A stretch of DNA of 64,000 nucleotides, taken from NCBI GenBank assembly GCA_022449345.1, contig JAKURL010000001.1:14211-78210 (forward strand). Direction: 5' to 3'. Below are positions 16,109 to 28,000 of the stretch, one piece after another. Position 1 is the stretch's first letter; each line of letters begins with the position of its first letter. The position numbers were made by a program, and so were the translations under genes. The notes under the pieces were generated by a model. That model had not been told where the DNA came from and searched no databases. It worked only from the letters and a program-made list of their open reading frames with translations. The DNA is from Candidatus Thalassarchaeum sp. (GTDB lineage Archaea > Thermoplasmatota > Poseidoniia > Poseidoniales > Thalassarchaeaceae).

Positions 16109-18967
16109 TCACAACCCGAGTAAATCACGAGCGGCATCTAATGCTGCGGGAATTCCATCAGGATTGGACCCCCCGCCTTGAGCCATAGTGGGACGTCCAC
16201 CGCCACCTCCATCTATGTGACCGGCTATCGCGGCGAGAATTTCTGTAGCATTGTGCTTGTCTGCGACAATTGACCCCTCAGTGCTAGCGACAATGAGTTT
16301 GCCTCCCCCATCTCTAGTGCCTAGAACAGCGAGCGTAGGATTCTCAGGGTCACGAGTCAATTGCCCAAGCATGGTCATGACCGCTTTCATATCTCCAGCG
16401 ACCTCCATAACTGCGTAGCGTATGCCGTCCTTTTCGACTGCTCCATCGCCACCTCCACTAGTCCGCAGTTTAACGATTTCCGCCTCAAGAGATTCAATCT
16501 TCTTTTGTTGTAATTTCCACTCCTCAAAGAAGCGTGAAACTGCGCTCGGAAGGTCCTCTGGAGAGACTCCGAGCACTTCGCTTGACTCGTGCAATAGCCG
16601 CTCTTGCGCTCGGGCGTGCTGGCGCGCCGTCTCCCCTGCCACGATTTGCAGACGCTCGACCCCGTCTTGGACTTGACTCGACCGAATGATGCGGAGCTCA
16701 CCAACTTCGCCGGCATTGTCGTGGTGGGTTCCGCCACAGGCCTGCACATCGTGGTCGCCGATTTTGATCACTCGAATTTCGCTATGTTTGGGTGGGCCAC
16801 CTTGGTATAATTCAAAGCCAAATTGGACATCTGCTTCGACCCTCTGAAGGACCAATTTCTCCACTACTGGATTTTCTGCGATAATCTCGTTAGCGTGATC
16901 CTCAATCTGATCTAAATCATCACGAGTAAGTCGTGAGTAGTGTGTTAGGTCAATTCTAGCATATCGGCCACCTTTGTTTGAGCCGGCTTGCCAAATATGA
17001 GGGCCGAGAAGAGCACGGGCGCTTCCACCAACTAGGTGAACCGCGGTGTGGTGATCCATTAATTGGCGTCTACGTTCCCAATCCACTTGTCCAGAAATTT
17101 CTCCCTGTTCAACTGGACTGTTTATCAAATGGTGAATGATTCCATTCTCAATTCGAGTATCTGCAACGCTTGCCGATCCAAGTGTTCCCTGATCACCTAG
17201 TTGACCGCCTCCCTCTGGATAAAATAGAGTTCGGTCGAGTACTACTGAGTGAGTAGGGGTGATGCTAACTTCAGAAGACAAATTCAATGTATCAATTTGA
17301 GACTTCGAGAGAGGACTGCAATCGATTACTGTGGCGTTGAATTGAGTTTGGCTCGTATCCAAATAGTAATCTTGCTGAGTTGCAGGGAAATCTGAGGCAA
17401 AAATCGAGCCCTTGGCTTGGACCTTTGCTGCTGCCTTTGTCCTCTCAGCGTTTCTAGCTGCCATGTCTGCGGCAAAGCCAACTCTGACAGAAAGATTGTT
17501 CCATCCTAGCCCAGATGCGATGGAAACTACCATGTCTGGATTTAGGCCTCTCTCTTCTGCTAGTCGGAATAGTGTCTCGTCGGGGACAGTGGCGGCATCT
17601 AGAGGTAGTTCTCTGAGAGCTGTTCTTACAGCAGACTCACCCTTTCGTAGCATAGCATGATAGCGGGATTCTTCTAGCGTTAGTATGGTTAGAATTCCTT
17701 CCCTACTCTGAACAAATCCATCAATGTCTAGATGGTTATCAATATGGTGTGCTCCCAATTCACTGAGTGAAACATTGATCCCCAAATCTCCCTTCATCCT
17801 ACAAACTCTACGAGCCATCATGCGAGCCAAATAGCCAGATTTGGCATTACTGGGGACCAAACCATCACCAAGCATATTGCAAATTGCATGCATGTGATCG
17901 GGTATTGCATAGATCGAGGACAGGGGTTCAGTGACTCGATTTAAGTCGGCGATTGAAATTTCCACCCCGCCATCTCCCAATCGTTCTACCAGTCGTTGAT
18001 ACAAAGAATCGACATCGGTTCCAACGTCTATGTTTAGGATGCCAGCAAGTTGAGATAATTCTGAGAGGAGGTCATCGGTATCCACGCCCAATCCTAATCC
18101 TACGACCATTGAATCGAATCCAGCAATGTCCTTCAACCACTCGACAGATTCTGGATAAATTGCTTCGTAAATTGTTGGTGTGCCCGCTGCAGCCCAGCAG
18201 AATCGCTCCAATCCATATCCTGTATCGATAATTTGCAGAGGCATCTCTCGATATCGTAGACCCTTGATTTCGATGTCTCCATCCTCATGCTCCTCTAAAT
18301 TCATGAAAACCAGTGTGGCCAATTCAAGACCACCAACGATAACTTCCAGAGCAGGGCCTGCATTTCCACCTCCAGACCATGGATTCTCGATGTAGGTGAT
18401 GTCGGCGGGAGCAACGCCAAATGTGTTCACCAGCATATCGTCGCAATATCGAACGCACTGGTCAATCCAGTAAATCACATCACCATCGTCTGGCCGATTA
18501 AAGGCGTGATGTGCCATCATTTCGAAGGTCGTTAAATGACGTCCTGAACGGCCCACTGCAGCCACATCTGTTAGTCTAATACATGGCTGGCTAATTCCTA
18601 GTGGGTTTGCAGGAGGTGGACTCATCCCACTGGTTACATGTGGTTGGAAATCAGCGATTGATGCGATAGTAAGGTGAATATCATCGCGCCATCTAGCCAA
18701 GACTGGATATGGGTTGATTCTAGCATGTCCGCGCTGCTCGAAGTAATCGAGGAATGTTTCCCGCATAGCATCTTTCAACGATTTTCCACGCATAGGGAAT
18801 CCTTCGATAATTGGATTTCCAATGAATGTGTAGGAATCCTCCAAAGTATCTCCAGAAGTGGTTCGGGAAGGGTCGCGAGACCAAAACCTAAGGCCCGTTA
18901 CAGTACATACTCTACAGGAATGTTGTGACTCTTCCCAAAATGGAATATTGGTCTCGCCGAACGCCAT
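16109..18967 (-). CDS. alaS: Alanine--tRNA ligase, archaeal type
   Basis: N-terminal CRVC, ASIADFQP, QPCIR, HLTTFEMMAHH, DTGYGLER, editing HTAVH..CGGTH and DHHA1 GGGGG motifs. Confidence 0.97.
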   Translation of the reverse strand: MAFGETNIPFWEESQHSCRVCTVTGLRFWSRDPSRTTSGDTLEDSYTFIGNPIIEGFPMRGKSLKDAMRETFLDYFEQRGHARINPYPVLARWRDDIHLTIASIADFQPHVTSGMSPPPANPLGISQPCIRLTDVAAVGRSGRHLTTFEMMAHHAFNRPDDGDVIYWIDQCVRYCDDMLVNTFGVAPADITYIENPWSGGGNAGPALEVIVGGLELATLVFMNLEEHEDGDIEIKGLRYREMPLQIIDTGYGLERFCWAAAGTPTIYEAIYPESVEWLKDIAGFDSMVVGLGLGVDTDDLLSELSQLAGILNIDVGTDVDSLYQRLVERLGDGGVEISIADLNRVTEPLSSIYAIPDHMHAICNMLGDGLVPSNAKSGYLARMMARRVCRMKGDLGINVSLSELGAHHIDNHLDIDGFVQSREGILTILTLEESRYHAMLRKGESAVRTALRELPLDAATVPDETLFRLAEERGLNPDMVVSIASGLGWNNLSVRVGFAADMAARNAERTKAAAKVQAKGSIFASDFPATQQDYYLDTSQTQFNATVIDCSPLSKSQIDTLNLSSEVSITPTHSVVLDRTLFYPEGGGQLGDQGTLGSASVADTRIENGIIHHLINSPVEQGEISGQVDWERRRQLMDHHTAVHLVGGSARALLGPHIWQAGSNKGGRYARIDLTHYSRLTRDDLDQIEDHANEIIAENPVVEKLVLQRVEADVQFGFELYQGGPPKHSEIRVIKIGDHDVQACGGTHHDNAGEVGELRIIRSSQVQDGVERLQIVAGETARQHARAQERLLHESSEVLGVSPEDLPSAVSRFFEEWKLQQKKIESLEAEIVKLRTSGGGDGAVEKDGIRYAVMEVAGDMKAVMTMLGQLTRDPENPTLAVLGTRDGGGKLIVASTEGSIVADKHNATEILAAIAGHIDGGGGGRPTMAQGGGSNPDGIPAALDAARDLLGL

Positions 18968-19069
18968 CAGTGCCCCTCCTTACGGCCTACCCATCGGTCA
19001 AACCGTCTTGAAGGGAATTGTTCATTCTGCTACGGCGCGTTGAAATCAAGGGTGCTTCACGATTCCTTC

Positions 19070-20542
19070 ATGAGCGCAACCTGGCGTGAGCACCTTAGCC
19101 ACGACGGAGAGGGTAGGATGCGTATATCCAAACATGGCTCAATGCTAACCGACGCGGTGTTAATCTCTGACTCTAAGCACATGGACACCCATAGTGACGA
19201 CCGTTCCCCAGAACAACTGTGCAACACAGCGGGTTTACCGGGTATAGTTGGTGATGCATGGGCAATGGCAGATTGGCATTTTGGTTATGGATTTCCTATC
19301 GGGGGCGTAGTAGCCACAGATGTCGACGCAGGAGAACTAGGTGGTGCGATTTCTCCGGGAGGTGTTGGATTTGACATCAACTGCGGCGTTAGACTTTGTT
19401 CACTTGATATCGGAATTTCAGATATTGATCCAAAATCCTTGGCAGCCGCACTCGCCCGTGAAATTCCTGCGGGCGCCTCAAGTAAAGGTGGAGTTAATCT
19501 CGATGAGACAACCATGTCTGCGATTCTTTCAGAGGGCGCAAAAGCCGCGGTAGATATTGGCTGGGGGGAGAGCCATGACTTGTCAGCCATAGAATCTAAT
19601 GGATTGCTGGAAAGTGAGGACATAAATGTTGGAGAAAGAGCACAGAAACGAGGAATTAAGGCTCTTGGGACATTAGGTTCTGGCAATCACTTCCTAGAAT
19701 TGCAAGTTGTAGACAGAGTAGAAGACCAAGCCGCAGCAAAGGCATTCGGAATCAGAGAAGGACAAGTTACTGCGATGATTCATACCGGTTCTAGAGGTCT
19801 TGGTCATCAAGTCTGTAGTGACCACGTCGCAACAATCGAGAGCAAGTATCAACGGGATGAAGATCATTGGCTCGCACCGGAGTGGGATTATCGCTTACGA
19901 GATAGACAACTAGCAGCAGCGCCCCTGTTCAGCAGAGAAGGCAACGCCTATCTAGATGCTATGCGAGCTGCTGGAAATTACGCTTTTGCCAACCGTTCAG
20001 CACTTACCCAAAGATTGAGAAATGTTCTGAGGAGTGAACTAGGAGTTGATGGAGGGTTAGATGTAGTATACGATGTAAGCCACAATATTGCCAAAGTCGA
20101 AGACCACATTGTTCACGGTAAATCTTGCAAATGTTGTGTTCACAGGAAGGGGGCAACCCGTGCACTGGGCGGAAATCATCCTGAACTTGCAAACAGATTC
20201 TCCGGTGTAGGTCAGCCCGTTCTAGTCCCCGGAGACATGGGTACCGCCTCATGGGTATTAGCGGGACCAAAGTCTGGTGCCAATGATGCCTTTTCTTCTT
20301 CTTGTCATGGAGCGGGGAGACAAATGTCTAGAACCGCAGCTAGGAAAACTATCGATTCTTCAGCCCTGCGACAAAGGCTGGAATCTTCTGGTATTCATGT
20401 TCGAGCGAAAACTCCCAACGTGCTGGCTGAGGAAGCACCTGAGGCTTACAAGGACGTGGACGAAGTAATCGCACTTACCGCTTCTGCAAACCTAGCAAGA
20501 CCCGTTGCTAGGCTTCGGCCGTTTGCAGTAATCAAAGGCTGA
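19070..20542 (+). CDS. rtcB: RNA ligase RtcB (tRNA-splicing ligase)
   Basis: D-x-HFGYGFPIGGV, DINCGVR, GSGNHF, HNIAK, HRKGAT, PGDMG, SSCHGAGR and EEAPEAYK motifs. Start moved to ATG 19070. Confidence 0.96.
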   Translation: MSATWREHLSHDGEGRMRISKHGSMLTDAVLISDSKHMDTHSDDRSPEQLCNTAGLPGIVGDAWAMADWHFGYGFPIGGVVATDVDAGELGGAISPGGVGFDINCGVRLCSLDIGISDIDPKSLAAALAREIPAGASSKGGVNLDETTMSAILSEGAKAAVDIGWGESHDLSAIESNGLLESEDINVGERAQKRGIKALGTLGSGNHFLELQVVDRVEDQAAAKAFGIREGQVTAMIHTGSRGLGHQVCSDHVATIESKYQRDEDHWLAPEWDYRLRDRQLAAAPLFSREGNAYLDAMRAAGNYAFANRSALTQRLRNVLRSELGVDGGLDVVYDVSHNIAKVEDHIVHGKSCKCCVHRKGATRALGGNHPELANRFSGVGQPVLVPGDMGTASWVLAGPKSGANDAFSSSCHGAGRQMSRTAARKTIDSSALRQRLESSGIHVRAKTPNVLAEEAPEAYKDVDEVIALTASANLARPVARLRPFAVIKG

Positions 20543-20557
20543 GCCTGCGAACACGGC

Positions 20558-21058
20558 TCATTGCCGTTCTCGGTATTCTATCTCGATTACATCGTCGTCC
20601 TGCATGACGTAATTTTCGTAATCGGAATTTTGCTGACCATTAACGAACATCACAACTTCATTTTCGTCATTAGCCACTTTATTCAAAATATGAGTATCGT
20701 CGAATTGCTCACCCCAGATAACAAAGAAAGCTCCGACTGTAGCATTAATTTGCCCAGGGGTTTCGATATGCAGCTTTCCTGTATCGTCGTGTGTATGCAC
20801 CCCGCGCATACCATTGGAACAAAACTCGTCTTGTATACCCACATCACTTGGAATTGCAACATTGTTGCCACTAATCGTAATTGAAAGGTAGGAATGGGTG
20901 TGCGAAATACCTCCTCCGTGGTCGGCAAGACAAACTTCCAAAACATCCCAGTCAGGCATCCCATCGGTTGAATTGGAATTGGCATCTAATAGCACCACTC
21001 CAGCAAAAGCGAGGGTGCAGAATATACCTGCTGCAAGCAAGACTTGCATTTGATCCAT
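20558..21058 (-). CDS. Membrane-anchored hypothetical protein with His-rich (HTH / HTHD / HIE) motif set
   Basis: N-terminal TM helix; C..DH...HTH..L.I, C...MRGVHTHDDTGKLHIE, FF.IWG. Confidence 0.75.
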   Translation of the reverse strand: MDQMQVLLAAGIFCTLAFAGVVLLDANSNSTDGMPDWDVLEVCLADHGGGISHTHSYLSITISGNNVAIPSDVGIQDEFCSNGMRGVHTHDDTGKLHIETPGQINATVGAFFVIWGEQFDDTHILNKVANDENEVVMFVNGQQNSDYENYVMQDDDVIEIEYRERQ

Positions 21059-21106
21059 GAATCTCCGGACCGGTCAAGCGATAATGAATGATATCCTGAG
21101 AAGTTC

Positions 21107-21736
21107 ATGGTTGAGGCTGGTGCAATACCCAATTGGTGGGAACCAGCAATAGAATCAATTTCAACAAGGGACCTTTTACTGAAGGATATAATTCAGAGAA
21201 TGAAAGAGCCTTCATTGAGTTCAAGAGGTGACTTATTCGCTACTCTAATCAAGTCAATTGTTGGGCAACAGATTTCGGTAAAAGCGGCCTCAGCAATATG
21301 GAGTCGCTTTTGCGATTGTGTTGGTAAGGTATGTGAGGAATCGATACTTGAACAAAGCCACGCCGACTTGAGACAGGTAGGACTTTCAAATCGGAAAGTG
21401 GAATACATCATTGGAATAGCTCACGCTTGGCAAGATGGACTCAAGGATGTTGATTGGAATTCTATGAGCGATGAAGAAGTAATAGAAAAACTCGTTAGAT
21501 TACGAGGAGTAGGACGTTGGACAGTTCAAATGCTGCTAATTTTCGCCCTACTGCGGCAAGACGTATTTCCTGTCGATGATATTGGACTAATCCGTGGCAT
21601 GGAAAAATTATACAATTCAGGTGAGAGTATGAGTAAATCCCAGTTACACGAGATTGCTGAGAGTTGGAAGCCCTACCGCACAATGGGTGTGTGGTACATA
21701 TGGAGATCAATGGACCCAGAACCAGTGGAATACTGA
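21107..21736 (+). CDS. DNA-3-methyladenine glycosylase II (AlkA / HhH-GPD family)
   Basis: SIVGQQIS, HhH LRGVGRWT, FPVDD and WKPYR motifs. Confidence 0.9.
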   Translation: MVEAGAIPNWWEPAIESISTRDLLLKDIIQRMKEPSLSSRGDLFATLIKSIVGQQISVKAASAIWSRFCDCVGKVCEESILEQSHADLRQVGLSNRKVEYIIGIAHAWQDGLKDVDWNSMSDEEVIEKLVRLRGVGRWTVQMLLIFALLRQDVFPVDDIGLIRGMEKLYNSGESMSKSQLHEIAESWKPYRTMGVWYIWRSMDPEPVEY

Positions 21737-21737
21737 T

Positions 21738-21923
21738 TCACATCGAATATCCGCGTTTTGGCTGATTAGGTATCTGAGGTGTAGTGCCAGATTGAACACC
21801 ATCGGCCTCCTCCATGATTATAGTCAGAAGTGTGTGAACAAGGGCCCTTAAGTCTTCGACTTCTCCTCTCAATTCTTCCATCGTAAACTCATCGCTATGC
21901 TGGTTCATATCCCCATCCCCCAT
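21738..21923 (-). CDS. Small hypothetical protein (amphipathic helix)
   Basis: Fills the gap exactly. EELRGEVEDLRALVHTLLTII looks like a helical oligomerisation segment. The true start may be the ATG of MNQH. Confidence 0.55.
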   Translation of the reverse strand: MGDGDMNQHSDEFTMEELRGEVEDLRALVHTLLTIIMEEADGVQSGTTPQIPNQPKRGYSM

Positions 21924-22055
21924 TGAAGGAATTTACTTCCCTCAGACAAAACTTCGGCTTTCTTGGGTCTATAAACTCCATAGGTCAGCCTGCCGGCCGG
22001 AGATAGTTTCGCCTAGGGCTGAGGATGATTCCAAAATGGAGATTAGGCTTAGAAT

Positions 22056-25000
22056 TCATTCACTTTCAGAATCGTCATCTGAACCCTCATACTCCTCATC
22101 TTCGTAATATGAATCATCATCATCGTAGTAATAATCCTCATCGCCACTTCTAGACCTGCTAACGAAGAATCCAACCATCCCCACAGCCACCAGTAATACT
22201 CCACCCATGAGTAGGTAAACCATGGTGTCTTCATCACTTCCTTCATCCGTTATTGGCGCTTGCACAACAACTCCACTAATTGGATGTGCAGGATTATCAA
22301 AGTCGTCATCGACAATGATGTACAATACGGGTTGACCTGGATCTCCCGCAACCCATTCGAACCTAGCGTACACTGAGGAAGTTTCAGCACTCAATTCCAA
22401 GTCGATACTATTGGTTTCCGCACGCCATTTTCCATCATTGGTAAGTTCGTAAAGGTTGATTTCGATTGTGCCATCTCTCTTTCCGCTGTTTGACCAATAT
22501 GTCTCGATAATAACAGTAGTATCTTGCAGAGGGTCCTTAGGAGTGACCACGACATTGTCCAAAGCCGGATTAAATTCCATTACTCGAAGAGCAACTGCAC
22601 GTGGGGCGTATTCACTACCTAATCCCTGAACCTCATTTCCTGCTCTATCAGTTGAAGTCACCCAAAACATGATTCTATCGCCGTCTTCGATTGTGAATCC
22701 TTCAAGATTCGGAGTGAAGTCAAGGCGACCTTGGAAAACATCTCTTCCATCTTCATCGAGTAGCATCTGTAGGCTACCTGTATCTTCGGTTCCAGCAACT
22801 GGTTGGTTGCTCCTGAGGAAAATCCATGCAACCTGAAGATCCTCATCGGGTAGACCTATTTCATCCACGATAGTTATGGATACAAGGACGTCTTCGAGCA
22901 AGTCTGATTCCAATACTGTTAGCGAAGAATCTGGATAATTCATTTGGTCAAACAATATTGTTGGAGATTTACTATCCACAGTAACTTTTCCATCTGTGTT
23001 GCTTGTCGAAGTTCCAACTCCTGGGACATTGAGGACCGCCGTAGTAAGGTCCATTGTAGGACTAAATGGAGCTCGCATTGGCAAAGTCATTGTTGTGAAC
23101 CAAGTTCCATCTTCATTTACATCTGCAACAGAGGAGATTACCTCAGTTCCGTAAATTAATGTCATCTCCATCTGCAAATCATCGGGTATTTCCGTGAATT
23201 CTTCTCCAGAGCCTGCATAGAAGATCCCGCCAGTCATCTCAAATTCATCACCCTGCCGGAGGTACAGATGTGCATCCTCTGCAAGTATAATTGGAGGTGT
23301 CAAATCTGACATGCTAGAAGCTATTGCGACTAGGGAATTATCTAACTCCCAAGTCAACTCGCCTATGTTATTTTGATATGCGACTTCAGTAATTTCGTCG
23401 ATGATACTGACGCTAGGTTTACAGTTAAATTGATCCTCTTCCCATGGATAATCCCAAGAAATTTCGAACATCACTGCGAGTTCAACTACCGCCGATGTAA
23501 TTTGCTGAGTCTGCACTGATAGTGGGGAAACCATCGAGTCATCTGCAGTCCAAATCTCACCGGTAACAGGTTTGTAGGAAATCTTTCCGAGGTTATCCAG
23601 GCTATCTCCGCAAAGCATGATGGTGATATTGTCTAGAGTTTGCAAACCATTGGGCTCGCTAATCTGCATCCTGAAGGTATGTGGCATTCCAGCTAGAAGG
23701 TAACCTGTTGATCTGTCTAAGTGGAATCCACTGTTGATAATCTCGGTCGGTTCATCTGTAGCAATAATTACGCTCGCCCAAGAGTTTTCGGCACCTGGAC
23801 CGCCACCGGTTCCGCCTTCTTGATAGGTCAGACCTGCCCAATCCGTACCTTCTAGGTAAAGGTGTACTGGACTGTTGAAGGACTGGCCAGATACATCTAT
23901 TCCAGCGAAGTTCACCTGTTGCTCTCCAGTCATTCCAGCAGAAAGTGGCTGAACTTGAGATAGATATTCTTCTTCTTCAGCAATACCGTTGAAATTAATA
24001 TCGTCCGAATCAGCTCTCCAATAATGCAATGTGATTGTTTCGCCTCTAGCCTGAGGCTCTTCTACGGTTACATACAAACTGAGAGGGAGTGATGGATCCC
24101 AAACCTTACCATTGGCGTTTTGTAATCCTGCAGCCGTCACTACCTGAAGAGGTCCAGCAATTGGTGCTGTGAAATCGTTCACCATAATTACAGTTGGAGG
24201 TTGTCCTGATACATCTTCGCCTCCAATAGAACCTGCCAAGGGACCAACTCTAAACAGATCTGGCGAGGCTGTAATCTCGGATAGGCCGCTTGGAGTATTG
24301 AATATTCCAGAGAACTGTCCGTTATCGTGAGAATCCAATAATAGTACGGAATTTGATAGATTTAGTCTGACTTGGAAATCAGAACCCATCGGTCTTGTAT
24401 CGAGTGTGTTCTGGAATCTAATAGACCCAGTGACATTGATTTGACTGCCCTCTAATATCGGGAATGGGTAGAAGGTAGAGAATTGATTGGAAATTAAGCG
24501 ATTATATTGATCACGAATTTCGAATGAATCGATCTGTAAATCATTCTCAACGGCGTTACCAGAGACACCACTAACTGAATTGGCTGGCCAAATTGTTACC
24601 TCATTTGTATCGTAAGCTTGGGCAATCCAATTTATCCTATCGACATCATTCCAATTCCAAGATAGTTCGAATCTCCAAGTTATCTGGACATCCATCCAAC
24701 CATCTCCACCATCAATCACAGAAACCTGACTCGATGACGTGTTTAGAGGCATTAATTGAGATCCAGAGGATTGGGAGAACATTACCGAACCAGAATTCAT
24801 ACCCCATGAACCATCCGCAGAATTAGTTACGTCAAATGAAATTGTTTCACCATCGGAAGCGTGACCAACCAGTGAAACCAATTGCAAATCCGAATTGTCG
24901 TAAAGATGTCTGTGATTTGTAACAATTTCGTACACTGAACCATCTGGGTGGAAAACTTGTGGGACTGAAAAATCCTTGTTGGTTATCATTAATTCATGAA

Positions 25001-28000
25001 TTATTTGCCCATCAATCAAAACTTGTCCAGCAGAAGCTGTAACGTTAGTCGGGATGTGAATGAGGACTAGAGTCGGTTCCGCAGCAGTAGCCGCACTGTG
25101 GTAATTGGCTAGGGAACTTGTCAAATCCGAAACAGTCTCTGTCAAGGAATATGATATCGCTAGTCTTGAAAGGGTAATCGTCTGAGTTGACGAACTCTCC
25201 AAGGTTAGTCCAACCTCTTTCCAAACCCTTCCATTTGCACTAGAATCGGTCCAAGTAGCGCTCATTGCCGAAATCGATGCAACCTGATTTGGAGAGAATG
25301 ATAGGTAGGTAAAAAATGGATTTGAGGTAGAGGTGGATTTTTGATATCCATTTACACCTAAGTCTACCGAACTATCAAATCCATCTGCATCTGAAGAAAT
25401 TGCTAACAGACCAGAGTTTGCGATTGCTCCATCCGGAACTAATACAGTCACGCTCTGTGGCACACCTGAAGTCAAATACAACTCGATAGATGTAGAAGCG
25501 ATTTGGTTAGGATTCGAACTTGGAGAATCTTCCAAAATTGTAGTTTGCCAACCAAGATGCCCTCTACCTTCAGAGTATGGGAAATACCAATCATCCGTGC
25601 CATCCTCAGCAACGTCGATTGCAATATCTCGAGCCGGTTCTCCATAGATTGACTTAATCAACATCTTATCGATAAATCCGTTTGGTGGGAGCATTATTTC
25701 CAACGAATAGCCATTTATCGGAGTTGCAAATGAAATATAACCTCCTTGAGATGTGTTTCCTAACGAATTTCCTCCGTGACCAAAGACCTCAATCAGAACA
25801 TTGTTTGAGGCGTTCCCAAGGAAATTTATTCTTTTTATTGGCCTAATTGAATCGATATAATTCGATGTAATTGTGCTTGTAACTGCAGTTGCATTAAGCA
25901 AATCGTCTATGACCTCGACACCTGCAGGAATCGTCCAGCCATTGAAGTCAAATAATTCCGCGGAAAGAATTCTCGGACCACCTATCTCAACATTGCTAAT
26001 GATTGGAGTAGAGATGGTACTGGAAGAAGATAATTCCAATCTGATATTAACTGCTGGGTGAGTTTCAGAGTCAAGTCCAGCCAGATTTACTGGGAAATCA
26101 AGATTCTCAAATCCAATAACTGGTTGACCGGATACCGCATCAAGGATTGTTGCGGTGACAGTGGAATTATCATCGATTCTTCCTTCAATCTCAACTGTGC
26201 CAAGGTTGAATGAATCCAATCCGTTTAGCTGAATTGGTTCACTTATCCAATCCCCTGGGGAGCTGAAATGTCCCTGTCGAACCCCGACATTATCTATGTA
26301 CCAGCCTTGCTGCAGTGAACTAGTGTAACCATACTTATCGGCAGCGATGAATTTGAATCTGACATCGCTACCAGCCCACTCTCCCATCGGCAGTTCATAT
26401 GAATTGAAATCAGACTCTCCACAGCTCTCATCTGTCCATATTGGCAGTCCGTCTAGATTAGTTAAGATATAGCCGGTTCCTGAGACATATGTCGACATAG
26501 TATCTGTATACCAACCTGGGTCGACGAGTTGCCAAGAGCCACCGTCTACTTCAACCATTAAGGCTCCACCATTCATTTCACCTTGGAAATTACTGTATGA
26601 CCAGCACATCCACATTTCGAATGAAAAGAAAGTTATTCCAGATTCGGGAACAGAAATTACTGGAGAAATTAAACTGGCTTCTTTCACACTTGTTGTGAAT
26701 GAACCTGCAGCACCTATGCTGTATAGATAGGGGAATGAGGCCGCCTCTGAAGGGCCATAATCGTCGGTTACGATTGGAGTTAAGGCCCAGCCACAATTGT
26801 AACTGTTACAATTATTCTTGGTATTGGTTCTACTAAAACCATCGACATCATCAACTTCAGGGTCGGTTACCTGTGAATCTTCAAAACCATGTTGGTCGTC
26901 AATATATCCTGAATTCAATGTTAGGAAGCGCCATTCGTTTCCTGTTGGGGTTGTAGGGGTGTTTCCGTCTAAATATACACTGAATAGTGTTGAACCAGAA
27001 GAATCGACTGGTCTGAATCCATAAACGGTTAGACCTTCTCTACCATCTGGGTCTGGGAAATTGGTGGTACTCTGTCCGTAACCTACGCTACTATCGGTCT
27101 GAACAACAAATCTTAGTGTAATGTTGGAAACCTGCCATGCTGTGGGGATATCATTTAGAATTGTAACCATTCCTCCACTATCATCTAAATGAGTAACTCC
27201 GTTCATGTCGGTATATCCATAGTTAGGGATTGATCCAGTGCGTGAGCGGCACTGGATAGTGGTACTACTGGTTCCGGTGCTAGAAATGTCTGTCCAAGTA
27301 GCACCATTATCGTTTGATAATTCAATGCAGGCATTATCCCAACCTGAGCCTTCCAAGTCCCAATGCAAATCGAATTCGATATCAGTCGCTCCTGATAGAT
27401 CCAAACCGGAATATGTAAGGTAGCCTAGTTGATTATGTCCGTAGTAACAGTAAGTACCTAGGTTCTGAGACATGTATCCATTAATGTCGCAACCATGATG
27501 CCAAACGCCACTATCGTCTCCATCATTATGGTAATTGATATTGTCAAGGAACCAACCAGGTGAGCCGGTCGAAGATGCAGAGGTCACAATTCTAAATCTA
27601 AATTGAATTTCGGAATGATTGGCGATTAGGGAAATGTTAGACAAGTTGGTGGAAGAAGAGACCCAACCACTAACTGCATCTCCGCCGAAAACTGGAATTG
27701 TATCAGATGTAGGTGTGCCTTGAACGTTCAAATCTCCCATCGGAATTGAGTGGGAATAACCCGAGTCTAATTCGGTCCATGTCCAATCTCCCCACGTACC
27801 ATCACTCATTCGGTATTCGACCCAAGCGGCATCTCCAGATTCCAAATCATGCCAGTGGTCAAATGAGAAAGAATAATTCACAATTGTGTCAGGATTTCCT
27901 GGAATATCTGAGGCTGGCAGTAAGAACCATGCATCTGTCTCCGGTTCTAGTGGACTACCTGGCAAAGTTCCGACTACAACTCCTCCCTCCGAAGCAGACG

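Noticed and set aside
21980-22035. CAGCC/GGCTG stem with nearby CTGA and GATGA
   Set aside because: The boxes are in the wrong order for a C/D RNA and the pairing is weak.
22056-22140. Tyr-rich tail of the giant surface protein as YxxPhi cargo for the MHD-like protein
   Set aside because: None of the tail tyrosines has a bulky hydrophobic residue at +3.
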